A model generated the notes under the pieces. The model did not search any database, was not told the DNA's origin, and worked only from the letters and a program-made list of their open reading frames with translations. Positions 48,375 through 56,611 of a stretch of DNA of 64,000 bases are shown here, in pieces. The stretch is from a virus. Position 1 is the stretch's first letter. Every line of letters begins with the position of its first letter. The stretch covers positions 96,001-160,000 of the IMG/VR virus record IMGVR_UViG_3300027668_002455. One strand, 5' to 3'. The position numbers and the translations under genes were made by a program.

Positions 48375-48823
48375 TAGTCTGTCTTCTCTAGGTAAAAAAT
48401 ATAATAGTACAAGCCAAGATAGTTTTGTACTTGTTCGCTAGAATACTTATTAAAAGTATTTCCATCAATTTTTATTGATTCAGTTTTGGTTCCATCCAGA
48501 ATAAAGTCGCGGGCGCTTTGTTCAACTTTTATTTTTACTGACCCTTTGTTAATGATAACATTTCCGATATTGTCTCCAAGCTCTGGAGTCTGATCTGAAT
48601 AATAACTCACGATAGCTGAATAAACCCCTGAAACTGGGATGTATGTAAATTCAATTGGGTTAGAGCTTTCACCGTAGCCCGCGTAATTGTTATTGGAGTA
48701 CACATTACTTATGACTTTAATGGGTTCTTTGAATATCACGACGTCCCTCTTAAAGGTATCGAAATGATCCCCCAACGCCCCTGTGAGCGCCAGCTTGTCA
48801 CTAGATGTTACTAGGCTGGCCAT
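48374..48823 (-). CDS. Putative head closure (stopper) protein
   Basis: Position, size and beta-rich pattern (IKIDGNTF...YYIFYLEK). Confidence 0.5.
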   Translation of the reverse strand: MASLVTSSDKLALTGALGDHFDTFKRDVVIFKEPIKVISNVYSNNNYAGYGESSNPIEFTYIPVSGVYSAIVSYYSDQTPELGDNIGNVIINKGSVKIKVEQSARDFILDGTKTESIKIDGNTFNKYSSEQVQNYLGLYYYIFYLEKTD

Positions 48824-48825
48824 TA

Positions 48826-49323
48826 TTAGATTTTATAACGATTTATGTAGCTTTCTAAACGGGTGTCCTCGTTCTCTGCAATGGTGTCATCACCGGCGAC
48901 CTGTAAGGGTTCGCTCGCAGTAATTCGATAAGCGGTTATCAACCTAGTGAGTTCTTCCTGCTCTGCACTCCTAGCGGCTAACCATGTTTTACTTAATTCA
49001 TTTTTATTGATTTTACGGACCCGAGCTCCATCTGAGGAAACTTCGATTACAGAGTCTGTTCCCGCAGCGCCAAGTGTCGAGCGGATTTTTAAATCATAAA
49101 AATGTATAAAATATAACTTCTTGAAAATTACTGCTTGATCAGCAGTTAGTCCGGTGCCGCTAAGTTCAAGAGTGACACCATCTATTTCTATACTTATATT
49201 GAGCAGGTTGTTAAGTTGTCCTAAATTTGTACGCAACCAAAAAGAAATGGTAGCAATTGACATATCTGTAGGATTTCCTAACTCTCGATAAATTTCATCT
49301 GAAATTGAAACAATTTTAGCCAT
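48826..49323 (-). CDS. Putative head-tail adaptor
   Basis: Helical protein with a beta hairpin (VIEVSSDGARVRK), located after the capsid genes. Confidence 0.5.
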   Translation of the reverse strand: MAKIVSISDEIYRELGNPTDMSIATISFWLRTNLGQLNNLLNISIEIDGVTLELSGTGLTADQAVIFKKLYFIHFYDLKIRSTLGAAGTDSVIEVSSDGARVRKINKNELSKTWLAARSAEQEELTRLITAYRITASEPLQVAGDDTIAENEDTRLESYINRYKI

Positions 49324-49325
49324 AA

Positions 49326-49673
49326 TTAAAAACGTATGCTTGGGTTAATATTGATATATCCCTTAACTGCTTCCACTCTACTTTTCTGAGTGGAACTGTC
49401 TATAACCTGAATGTCATAAACGCCCTGTGTCGCTGCTAGGCCCGTTATAAGGCTACCTGTGAGGCTAATATCCACAACGCCGTTAGCGTAGCCTGATACT
49501 ACCCTCATGGGGTTTAAATCAAGAAGAACACCAGAAGCACCATAAGTTGATCGGGCTTGACCACTAACTAAATAGTTAGTTAAGTTAATGAAAGTACCGC
49601 CCGCACCAGTTAAATGAAACTGGTGGTAGAAATCCGTTCCCGCCGATAAATTTATGTCAAAAGAAGCAGCCAT
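49326..49673 (-). CDS. Virion Ig-like collar/fibre-attachment protein (BppU-N/p132-like)
   Basis: INLSAGTDF...INLTNY...GVVDISLT...GVYDIQV...VKGYININP. Confidence 0.6.
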   Translation of the reverse strand: MAASFDINLSAGTDFYHQFHLTGAGGTFINLTNYLVSGQARSTYGASGVLLDLNPMRVVSGYANGVVDISLTGSLITGLAATQGVYDIQVIDSSTQKSRVEAVKGYININPSIRF

Positions 49674-49715
49674 AATACATCTAGTATTACACCTACTTCT
49701 GTAACTTTATAAGAT

Positions 49716-50114
49716 TTATCTTCCTTCCGCTAAAATATCTTTAGCTTTTTGAGAAAGCGGCTTTGAACGGGTTTTGATTTGCGGCATCCTATAGGTAGCC
49801 GTGTGCTTTGTGAATTCCCCTATGAGACGTTTATAAAGATTTTCTTTATTGTCTATAGGGATGATACCCATCTCAGCGGCGTGACGATGTAAATCAGTTT
49901 TATTTAAAGAATCTAAATAACCTTTATATTCGCCCGCATCTAATGTCCGGTATTTACTGAGACCTGTATCGCCCCACACTTGATCAAGAGTGGAAGGGAT
50001 AACCTTTGGAGTTTCCTCTCGTTTGCCGTGGGTTTGCTCTAGATCTGTTACCTTTTTTACCCTCTTAGCCGTAGCCTTTTTAGTACTTTTTTTATTAGTT
50101 TTTTTAGCTGCCAT
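49716..50114 (-). CDS. Basic protein with Rho-N/HeH-like helical motif
   Basis: LDSLNKTDLHRHAAEMGIIPIDNKENLYKRL, Lys-rich N-terminus. Confidence 0.5.
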   Translation of the reverse strand: MAAKKTNKKSTKKATAKRVKKVTDLEQTHGKREETPKVIPSTLDQVWGDTGLSKYRTLDAGEYKGYLDSLNKTDLHRHAAEMGIIPIDNKENLYKRLIGEFTKHTATYRMPQIKTRSKPLSQKAKDILAEGR

Positions 50115-50171
50115 AACCTTTTACCTCATTGAAGCTTACACATTTGCCTATTTCTTGTGAAGTTATATAAT

Positions 50172-50197
50172 AAAAAAAACCCAGCCTTTCGGCTGGG
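50172..50197 (-). terminator. Intrinsic terminator after the major capsid gene
   Basis: CCCAGCC-GAAA-GGCTGGG followed by T8 on the - strand. Confidence 0.88.
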
Positions 50198-50221
50198 CTT
50201 GTTTTAATTGTGAATATCGGT

Positions 50222-51343
50222 TTAGTTGTTATCAACAGTGACACCAACCACAGCGCGAGAATCGATACAAACACGACCCTCCTCGAGATAACCGTAGAAG
50301 CCAGTCTTTTCTTGACGGGCAACAAACTGATCATCAGGAATCGCAGTGAAGGTGCTTCCACCGCCGTCTTGACGAGCAATCGGACGAATGAAGGCCTCAC
50401 GACCCATGTCAACTCCAACGAGAATTTCGTCAGTAGCTGCACTCCAGTTACCACTTGATCCAGCACCCGGAATAGTTACGCCAGAACCACTAACCATCTC
50501 GTCAAAGAGGGTGTTGTACTTCTTGCCAATTCCAAGTTCGAGAAGCTCATGCAACACGATACCAAAGATTTCTTGCATACCAGAGGCACGGAAGATTTCT
50601 TCACGAATGGTGTAGGGAAGAGCAACAGGACCAGCGCTAAGACTACCTGTAGTATTAACAGGGTTGTAAGCGAAGCCGCGTACATATCCCATAATCTCAG
50701 GACTCACGAATAGATCCGTCACGCCCTTGCTGTCCCAATCAGAGGGGGTACCGTTAGCAAAAGAGGTATTAATTCTTTTAGCGCGGGTCATCAAGGTAGA
50801 TAGATCACCGGGTTTAAACGAGCTATTTGCATCAGCGCCAACAACATGTGTTAAACCGTTCGTGCTGGCCTCAGCCAACGCCTTAAGGATAACGGCCCAA
50901 GCATTGCGCTCTTGCTTAACAAGAACTTCTTGCGCCATTCTTTCAACAGCCTTGCTAACCACGTCCAAACGACCACGACGAGCGTAGCGTTTGAGGAAGC
51001 TAACTGCACTGTCCAAACGATAAGTGGCAATCTTCATTTCTGAGAGACCGCTTACCTGACTAGTGGGAAGACCACCGGCTACCGCTTGGGACCAAACACT
51101 GACGTAATCTACGCCCGCGTCATAAAAGAGGTCCAACGGAATGCTGGGGCTATCATCTTCATCATACAGACTATCATGATAAATCATGCCAGCTGTACCA
51201 GCTTGAGATAGTACCTTCTGAGCGACGGGTGCGATAAAAGCGGCGAACGCTTCAGCAGCCTGTGCTTGCTCCAGCGGGTTCTTGGAACCCAAAGCTTTGA
51301 TAAGCTCTACCTGTTCTGGTGTTTCTTTTAATTTTAATTTCAT
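50222..51343 (-). CDS. Major capsid protein (HK97 fold)
   Basis: 373 aa, after protease/scaffold and decoration genes. Spine helix LDVVSKAVERMAQEVLVKQERNAW, ending GFYGYLEEGRVCIDSRAV. Strong AGGAG SD and downstream terminator. Confidence 0.85.
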   Translation of the reverse strand: MKLKLKETPEQVELIKALGSKNPLEQAQAAEAFAAFIAPVAQKVLSQAGTAGMIYHDSLYDEDDSPSIPLDLFYDAGVDYVSVWSQAVAGGLPTSQVSGLSEMKIATYRLDSAVSFLKRYARRGRLDVVSKAVERMAQEVLVKQERNAWAVILKALAEASTNGLTHVVGADANSSFKPGDLSTLMTRAKRINTSFANGTPSDWDSKGVTDLFVSPEIMGYVRGFAYNPVNTTGSLSAGPVALPYTIREEIFRASGMQEIFGIVLHELLELGIGKKYNTLFDEMVSGSGVTIPGAGSSGNWSAATDEILVGVDMGREAFIRPIARQDGGGSTFTAIPDDQFVARQEKTGFYGYLEEGRVCIDSRAVVGVTVDNN

Positions 51344-51371
51344 TTTAAAATACTCCTATTTATTTAAAGGT

Positions 51372-51947
51372 TTACAGTTCGAGCTTGAGCATGATAAGAC
51401 CATCGCTGGAATTACCACCTAATGCCATACCAACCTTTGTTGATTTTGCAATGTGAGCAGCACTCGTTGAGAGTTCTCCATCACCAGCAGCATAAACTGC
51501 AAGCCCGGGGGTAACAGCATCAGCCTTAAGGGTCGCTCCGCTATAAAGCACAATTCCGCGTGTAAGGACGGGGCAGGCTTGTCCGCTGATTACCCAGTCA
51601 TTCTCCGCAGCTTTACGGGGATGATAGAGCAGCTTCTCGCCGTTCTCGTCAGTTTCACGCACATCATATAAAAGCATACCAAGTGGGATATCTTTCACGC
51701 CAGCTGAGCCTGAACCACAAGCAACAACTTGAGCCTGAGTCCGATATCGTTGGGACACTGTGTTTCCATACGCATTTCCTGCAGCACCAAACATTTCCAC
51801 TGGATCGGCTGCACCGGCTTGGAAGCCAGTAGCAGTAGCGATTTTTACCATCAACCCTTTGGTTGCTGGAACCGCTCCGCTCCACGAAAATAAATTGATC
51901 ACATCATGCGGATCATAATCATGTAATGGTTTTAATGTAGTAGCCAT
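51372..51947 (-). CDS. Capsid decoration/cement protein
   Basis: PLGMLL...GQACPVLTRG...PGLAVYAAGDGEL...KVGMALG beta-tulip-like pattern. Sits between scaffold and capsid; AGGAG SD. Confidence 0.7.
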   Translation of the reverse strand: MATTLKPLHDYDPHDVINLFSWSGAVPATKGLMVKIATATGFQAGAADPVEMFGAAGNAYGNTVSQRYRTQAQVVACGSGSAGVKDIPLGMLLYDVRETDENGEKLLYHPRKAAENDWVISGQACPVLTRGIVLYSGATLKADAVTPGLAVYAAGDGELSTSAAHIAKSTKVGMALGGNSSDGLIMLKLEL

Positions 51948-51971
51948 ATTATTTTACTCCTATTCTTTTAA

Positions 51972-52622
51972 TTATCTTAATTCAAATTGATCCAAATCGA
52001 AAGCACTTTTGTACTTTTCAAAAATGGTAGGTTCAGCAGCTTCCATGACATTGGGAATATCAGCCTCTTGAGGCTCAGAGTTCTCAATAGCCTCTTCGAC
52101 TACATCTTTAGCAGAAGCTTCAACCGCCTCTTGCGACTCTTGAGCCGCGGCAGCTTCTTCTTCTGCTTTTTTCTGTTCCTCCATCGCCTCAACGATCTCG
52201 CGGCGCTTAGTTTTCATAAGCACGTTAAGTTTGTCTTGGTATGAAGAAAAGTCTTCGTCACCCATGTCTTTAATGTCAGCGGCGATAAGCTCGCGCTCTT
52301 CATCCTCAAGGACAAACTCCTCATCCATTAGAGACATGCGTTGTGTAAACTGCTCTTCCGATTCCTTGGCAGCCTTTTCGGCTTCCAATTTGTGGAGGAC
52401 AGTTTGTACTCTATCGAGGGACTCACGTACTTCGGCGTGTTCCTTTTCCAAGGCTTCGTGCTTTTCATTGGCTTGTGTTAGCTCAGAGTCGAATCTCTTC
52501 TTTTCTGTGCTAAATTGTTCCGAAGCCGATTTAAGCTGCTCTTGAATAAAGTCACTTACGGCAGAAGCTTCAAGTACCTTGACGCTTTCTTCGGTAATAT
52601 CTTCAAGTTTTGTAATTTTCAT
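51972..52622 (-). CDS. Nested in-frame scaffolding protein (internal start MKITKLEDI)
   Basis: In-frame ATG after a low-complexity linker. ATGTAA motif at 52643-52648 at the late-promoter spacing. Confidence 0.55.
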   Translation of the reverse strand: MKITKLEDITEESVKVLEASAVSDFIQEQLKSASEQFSTEKKRFDSELTQANEKHEALEKEHAEVRESLDRVQTVLHKLEAEKAAKESEEQFTQRMSLMDEEFVLEDEERELIAADIKDMGDEDFSSYQDKLNVLMKTKRREIVEAMEEQKKAEEEAAAAQESQEAVEASAKDVVEEAIENSEPQEADIPNVMEAAEPTIFEKYKSAFDLDQFELR

Positions 52623-53456
52623 AGCTTTACTCGTATTGTTTTTTACATTATTATTTGGGGTTTGTGAAATACTTTCTTCACTAGTTTTAACTATTTTTTC
52701 TGTTTTTGGTGATTTGGTCTTATGAGTGCAAACCCCTTCGACTTCTGCCGCTGGAGCTTCCGTTAGACCAATGCCTAGCGGGATGACGTCATTGAACACC
52801 TGTCGATAGACCTTTCGGCCATCTTCCAGAGCCCCAGAGCCGCCAAGACCCTGTAAATTCTCACTTAATTCCTCAATTATCTCAGGGTTCTCGATGATTT
52901 GGGCGTCTTCAAGGTTTTTATTATTTCCTATTAGAACTGCAAGCTTGTATTCAGAGAATCCCAGTTCCCAGCTAGCAGAAATCTTATTGTAATTTTCATC
53001 TTCAGGATCGCTTGAATTTTCAATTAATTCTGCAAGATCCGTATTTACCACTTTCCAGATAACTCCACCCAAGGTGACATTAAATGGTCTTTTTATATCT
53101 TTTACCTGATCCTCTGTTAGGGGCTTGTCAGTTCCAAATTCACTAAATCCAGCTGTCAAAATCGTTCCGATTACACGACTACGATTATGTTCAATATTAA
53201 TTGGTTTATTAATAAAGTTTTTATAAATTTCTAATGCTGTCCCTGTATTAATTACATCCCCATTTTTATTAACACGATTAGCCACGAAAGCATTGAAGGC
53301 CACAGGCAGTAAATCTACGTTAGATGCAGTATCAATCTCAGGGATAAAATCTCCGATATCCACCAAGCTAGCCATAGCTAGGTACTTGTCTTTCTCCTCC
53401 GAAACTAAAGGTTTGACTATCGAACTAAAACTTGTTTTATATTTAAATTCCTTCAT
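51972..53456 (-). CDS. Prohead protease fused to scaffolding domain
   Basis: NKNGDVI...FINKPINIEHNRSRVIGTI...ISASWELGF (His/Ser protease motifs), followed by an acidic coiled coil. Confidence 0.8.
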   Translation of the reverse strand: MKEFKYKTSFSSIVKPLVSEEKDKYLAMASLVDIGDFIPEIDTASNVDLLPVAFNAFVANRVNKNGDVINTGTALEIYKNFINKPINIEHNRSRVIGTILTAGFSEFGTDKPLTEDQVKDIKRPFNVTLGGVIWKVVNTDLAELIENSSDPEDENYNKISASWELGFSEYKLAVLIGNNKNLEDAQIIENPEIIEELSENLQGLGGSGALEDGRKVYRQVFNDVIPLGIGLTEAPAAEVEGVCTHKTKSPKTEKIVKTSEESISQTPNNNVKNNTSKAMKITKLEDITEESVKVLEASAVSDFIQEQLKSASEQFSTEKKRFDSELTQANEKHEALEKEHAEVRESLDRVQTVLHKLEAEKAAKESEEQFTQRMSLMDEEFVLEDEERELIAADIKDMGDEDFSSYQDKLNVLMKTKRREIVEAMEEQKKAEEEAAAAQESQEAVEASAKDVVEEAIENSEPQEADIPNVMEAAEPTIFEKYKSAFDLDQFELR

Positions 53457-53471
53457 AAAAAATTCCTTTCA

Positions 53472-53744
53472 CTAAGCAGAGTATGGGGATTTAGCTTCGT
53501 AATAAACGATGGACATCGCGGCGTGACCGGGCGTGAAGCTAGAACACATAATCGGTGGGTTTAAGGTAATAGAGCCGACAGGAGCTTCCAAGACTGCCAG
53601 ATCACCATCGTCCGCAAAAGTTAAAGTGCTTGCGGCGGAATGAGAATTGGTTACGGCGGTAACTAGAATCTTATAATCGGTGGCAGCCGAGACTTTAGCA
53701 ACTCCATTATTTGATATTTTATTGGCGAAATATTGTGCGGGCAT
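53472..53744 (-). CDS. Small beta-rich hypothetical protein, possibly virion
   Basis: 90-aa ORF with AAGGA SD in the head operon. Confidence 0.7.
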   Translation of the reverse strand: MPAQYFANKISNNGVAKVSAATDYKILVTAVTNSHSAASTLTFADDGDLAVLEAPVGSITLNPPIMCSSFTPGHAAMSIVYYEAKSPYSA

Positions 53745-53760
53745 ATTTTATTTTCCTTTT

Positions 53761-53874
53761 TTATTTACTCTCTTCTTGGTGACAGGCGCATTCGCAACCG
53801 ACATCTGTGCCATCACAGCATTCACATACTTGGTTGTTACAATTACATTCTTTATTTTCACATCCACATTCCAT
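53761..53874 (-). CDS. Metallothionein-like 37-aa Cys-rich peptide (absent from ORF track)
   Basis: Hand translation MECGCENKECNCNNQVCECCDGTDVGCECACHQEESK*: 10 Cys, 1 His, no aromatics. Fills the gap between two co-oriented genes. Confidence 0.75.
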   Translation of the reverse strand: MECGCENKECNCNNQVCECCDGTDVGCECACHQEESK

Positions 53875-53885
53875 AATTATTCTTT

Positions 53886-54509
53886 CTACCAGACAAAGCC
53901 AAGGGGTTTGTAGTCTTCTAAATACAATTCATCTATGTTTTCAAAATCATAATTTAATCCGTGTTCTTTTATATCCTCGGAAGCTTGTTCAAAGTCTCCA
54001 TCTCTAGGGGTTAATGCGCCAGTTAAATCAAACTCCTCTTCTTTAGTTGGCAACTCTTTGGAAAGAACAATATCCATTTGAAAAGTTGGTGATTTTGCTT
54101 TGGGGGTAAGCGAAGCTTTCTCTGCATTAATTTTTGATTTGTTACTTTTTATTTCCAAAAACATATTCACTCGAGCCAACGCCCATTGTCCCCTCGTTTT
54201 ACCTAGGGACTCAGAAGGTGAAAAAGCGTTTGCGCCTCCTCGGTAAACCGTTTTTAATTGGGACAAGGTGACTTTGTTAGAAGGGTATTTTTTATTGTGC
54301 CCTTTGAGTTTGCCCTTTAAGAGAAAAACAACCTTTGAAGAAAAAGCGATAGCTAGGTTGGTTTCACGAGTGGTCTCTGAAGGCTCAACCTCGGGAGAGA
54401 CAGAGACAAAAGTAGCCGACGCATTCTTATCGGCTGTAGACTTTTTTTCAGGTGCTCCAAAGTCTTCAAAGCCGAAATTCTGATTATTTAAGTTTATATC
54501 TTTAGCCAT
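53886..54509 (-). CDS. Hypothetical head-region protein with DUF5824-like helical motif
   Basis: LSQLKTVYRGGANAF...QWALARVNMFL. Confidence 0.5.
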   Translation of the reverse strand: MAKDINLNNQNFGFEDFGAPEKKSTADKNASATFVSVSPEVEPSETTRETNLAIAFSSKVVFLLKGKLKGHNKKYPSNKVTLSQLKTVYRGGANAFSPSESLGKTRGQWALARVNMFLEIKSNKSKINAEKASLTPKAKSPTFQMDIVLSKELPTKEEEFDLTGALTPRDGDFEQASEDIKEHGLNYDFENIDELYLEDYKPLGFVW

Positions 54510-54573
54510 TATGGATGCGCCGCCTTTTCAGTACTAAATACACAAAAAGGAAAGGGTTTAGAAAAAAAGAAAC

Positions 54574-54601
54574 AAAAAAGCTCACATTTTTAATGTGAGC
54601 T
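54574..54601 (-). terminator. Intrinsic terminator after the small lipoprotein gene
   Basis: AGCTCACATT-AAA-AATGTGAGCT followed by a T-run on the - strand. Confidence 0.8.
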
Positions 54602-54633
54602 GTGATCTTAGTAATTTAGATGTATATATCTAA

Positions 54634-54849
54634 TTATTCTTTATCAACCTTTAGAGTAGGCAGTGGGACATTAATATCCACGAGCGGTACGGTGACCGTA
54701 AGGGCCTCCTTGCTAACCGTAGCCCCTAAAACGGACTTATGGTTAGCTGCTCCTCCGACTGTTACTGAGGGTAGTTTCTGTGAAATAGCACAACCCATTG
54801 TAAAAGTGGTCATAAGTGCTCCGACTGCAATCAACTTAATAGTTTTCAT
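54634..54849 (-). CDS. Small lipoprotein
   Basis: Signal peptide II MKTIKLIAVGALMTTFTMG-C, followed by alternating beta strands. Confidence 0.75.
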   Translation of the reverse strand: MKTIKLIAVGALMTTFTMGCAISQKLPSVTVGGAANHKSVLGATVSKEALTVTVPLVDINVPLPTLKVDKE

Positions 54850-54884
54850 AGTTTAAAAAGAGCCATACTGTGACTCAGAACAAG

Positions 54885-54913
54885 AGTATAGGACAAATCT
54901 GAAAATAAGTCAA
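54885..54913 (-). promoter_or_regulatory. sigma70-type promoter for the small lipoprotein
   Basis: TTGACT (54913-54908), 17 nt, TATACT (54890-54885). Confidence 0.7.
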
Positions 54914-54920
54914 ATCTTTT

Positions 54921-55424
54921 TTAGTTAGGTTTTATTAAAAAAATAATCTTCACTAAGGTTGAATCTCCCCAATAAGTAAGAATGTCAGAATCAACAGGGA
55001 AACACACCCAGTGGTAATAAATCGTATTTTTCTTTTTTATCAAAATAATAGATATATCGGTCTCTTTAAGTTGCTTAAAATTTTTAATCTTTTTAATTTG
55101 AAAGCCCCGAGACTCAAAATACCTAATAATTTCACTAGGCATTGTTATTTCCCTAGCTTTATAGGTAAAAACAGAAAGAAGGCTCCTAGCCCAGTTTCCG
55201 TGGTCTAATATCTCCTTACTGATGCTCGAACTAAAAACATTTCCCCCAAGGGCGTCGTGGGCTTTTCGGATAGCTATGGGGCCGCAACTATAAACATGAA
55301 GGGGGTCAAAACCGTTGGCCCTTTTTTCGCGCGCGAACTTACTCTCACTAAGGTTATATAGTGTGCCGCAGCCAACAGAAAAAAACAAAAGATTAAAAAT
55401 AAGAATGTTAATTACATTCTTCAC
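54921..55424 (-). CDS. Lipoprotein with peptidase C39-like (papain-fold) domain
   Basis: Lipobox FSVG-C; YSCGPIAI (catalytic Cys) and YYHWVCF (His). Confidence 0.65.
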   Translation of the reverse strand: MKNVINILIFNLLFFSVGCGTLYNLSESKFAREKRANGFDPLHVYSCGPIAIRKAHDALGGNVFSSSISKEILDHGNWARSLLSVFTYKAREITMPSEIIRYFESRGFQIKKIKNFKQLKETDISIILIKKKNTIYYHWVCFPVDSDILTYWGDSTLVKIIFLIKPN

Positions 55425-55723
55425 TTTGGCATGAGGTCAATATATGATTTTAAAAGCACATACTGGTAAAGATTCAAGGCAACGCTTATTCCCAATAAAA
55501 AAGAAAAAGTCATTGCCCACAAGTTTTCCTTGGAAAAGAATGCACTTAAAAAATCAAGCTTTTTCTTATCTAGGTTCTCAATGGGATTTACACATGAACT
55601 CATCGTCTTTTTTTTGTTTCCTTCCGTATCTTTTATTAACCACCAATCTCCGTTTTTATCTTTATAAGCCCACTCTTTTTCTGAACTTATCCACCATTTT
55701 GTATTTTTATCTATGATTTTCAC
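55421..55723 (-). CDS. Hypothetical membrane protein
   Basis: C-terminal hydrophobic helix, Trp-rich N-terminus. Confidence 0.6.
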   Translation of the reverse strand: MKIIDKNTKWWISSEKEWAYKDKNGDWWLIKDTEGNKKKTMSSCVNPIENLDKKKLDFLSAFFSKENLWAMTFSFLLGISVALNLYQYVLLKSYIDLMPK

Positions 55724-56107
55724 TCACGCATCACTCCTTGATGGATTCGGGGTCTCGTATCCGTTAAGCTTATTAAGCTCATCTACCAGTTGTTGAATAA
55801 TTGCTCTATATCTAAAAATAATTTCACTAGCTCTTTCTATTAGCTGTTTTTGAGAAGCGTTAACTATTTCTGTGTTATAGACTCGTCGCTCTAATCCCTC
55901 AGTTTGTTTTTTATGGTATTCTCCTTGTGCAGCCATAGCCGCATCAGTGCTTTCTACTAGTTCTACTATTTTTTCAGTATACTGAATATCCCGGAGATTG
56001 ATAAAAATACCTGTACAAGTTATAGATGTAACTAGAACTCCCGCAAAAAAGCTACTAAAAAACATTTTTTTTGCGCCATCTTTTATCTTAAGAAGAAAAG
56101 CTTTCAT
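55724..56107 (-). CDS. Membrane-anchored coiled-coil protein (possible i-spanin)
   Basis: N-terminal TM (FFSSFFAGVLVTSITCTGIFI) followed by a coiled coil. Confidence 0.55.
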   Translation of the reverse strand: MKAFLLKIKDGAKKMFFSSFFAGVLVTSITCTGIFINLRDIQYTEKIVELVESTDAAMAAQGEYHKKQTEGLERRVYNTEIVNASQKQLIERASEIIFRYRAIIQQLVDELNKLNGYETPNPSRSDA

Positions 56108-56137
56108 AGCTGTATATTAAATTACACTTATTTTAAT

Positions 56138-56172
56138 AAAAAAAGAGGAGAAACCTTTCGGTTTCCCCCCTT
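56138..56172 (-). terminator. Intrinsic terminator after the tubulin-holin-lipoprotein operon
   Basis: GGGGGGAAACC-GAAA-GGTTTCTCCTC (with G-U pairs) then T7 on the - strand. Confidence 0.8.
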
Positions 56173-56226
56173 AGTGGGTGATATCGCACTAGTTACATAT
56201 ATAAAGTACCAACGCTTTGTGGGTAA

Positions 56227-56448
56227 TTAGTCTTCTTCTCTTGGTATACCTCCAGCATACCAACCTTCAGGTAGCTTCACTTTATTTTTAGAAAGAACCC
56301 ATTCTCCGTTTTTTAGTACGTAAACACGAGCCTCAGAATCAGGGCCAATTCTTACTAGGTCTGACTGTGTATCCACGAAAACAACCCTAGTTGAACCACA
56401 CCCAGCTAAAAAGAGTAAACTACTCAGAAGTATTATCATCTTCTTCAT
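56227..56448 (-). CDS. Lipoprotein, possible o-spanin
   Basis: Canonical lipobox LLFLAG-C. Overlaps the upstream gene by 29 nt, downstream of the holin. Confidence 0.65.
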   Translation of the reverse strand: MKKMIILLSSLLFLAGCGSTRVVFVDTQSDLVRIGPDSEARVYVLKNGEWVLSKNKVKLPEGWYAGGIPREED

Positions 56449-56608
56449 TTTTCTTTACTTTCTTTACTTTCTTTTCTTGTTCTTCTATTCTTTTTCGCCA
56501 TCTGTCCTTTAGGGACTTGGGCATAGAATCTCCGTCACTTGCCTTTGTATCTTCTTTAACAAGTGCGGTTAACCAATCTAGCAGAGCCTTAATAAAGGCA
56601 ACCCACAT
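56420..56608 (-). CDS. Small amphipathic lysis-cassette protein
   Basis: MWVAFIKALLDWLTALVK amphipathic helix plus charged tail, between holin and lipoprotein. Confidence 0.55.
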   Translation of the reverse strand: MWVAFIKALLDWLTALVKEDTKASDGDSMPKSLKDRWRKRIEEQEKKVKKVKKNEEDDNTSE

Positions 56609-56611
56609 AAA

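Noticed and set aside
56173-56226. Small RNA or tRNA in the longest intergenic gaps
   Set aside because: Only a weak 5-bp stem and no cloverleaf; no tRNA was recognised anywhere in the window.
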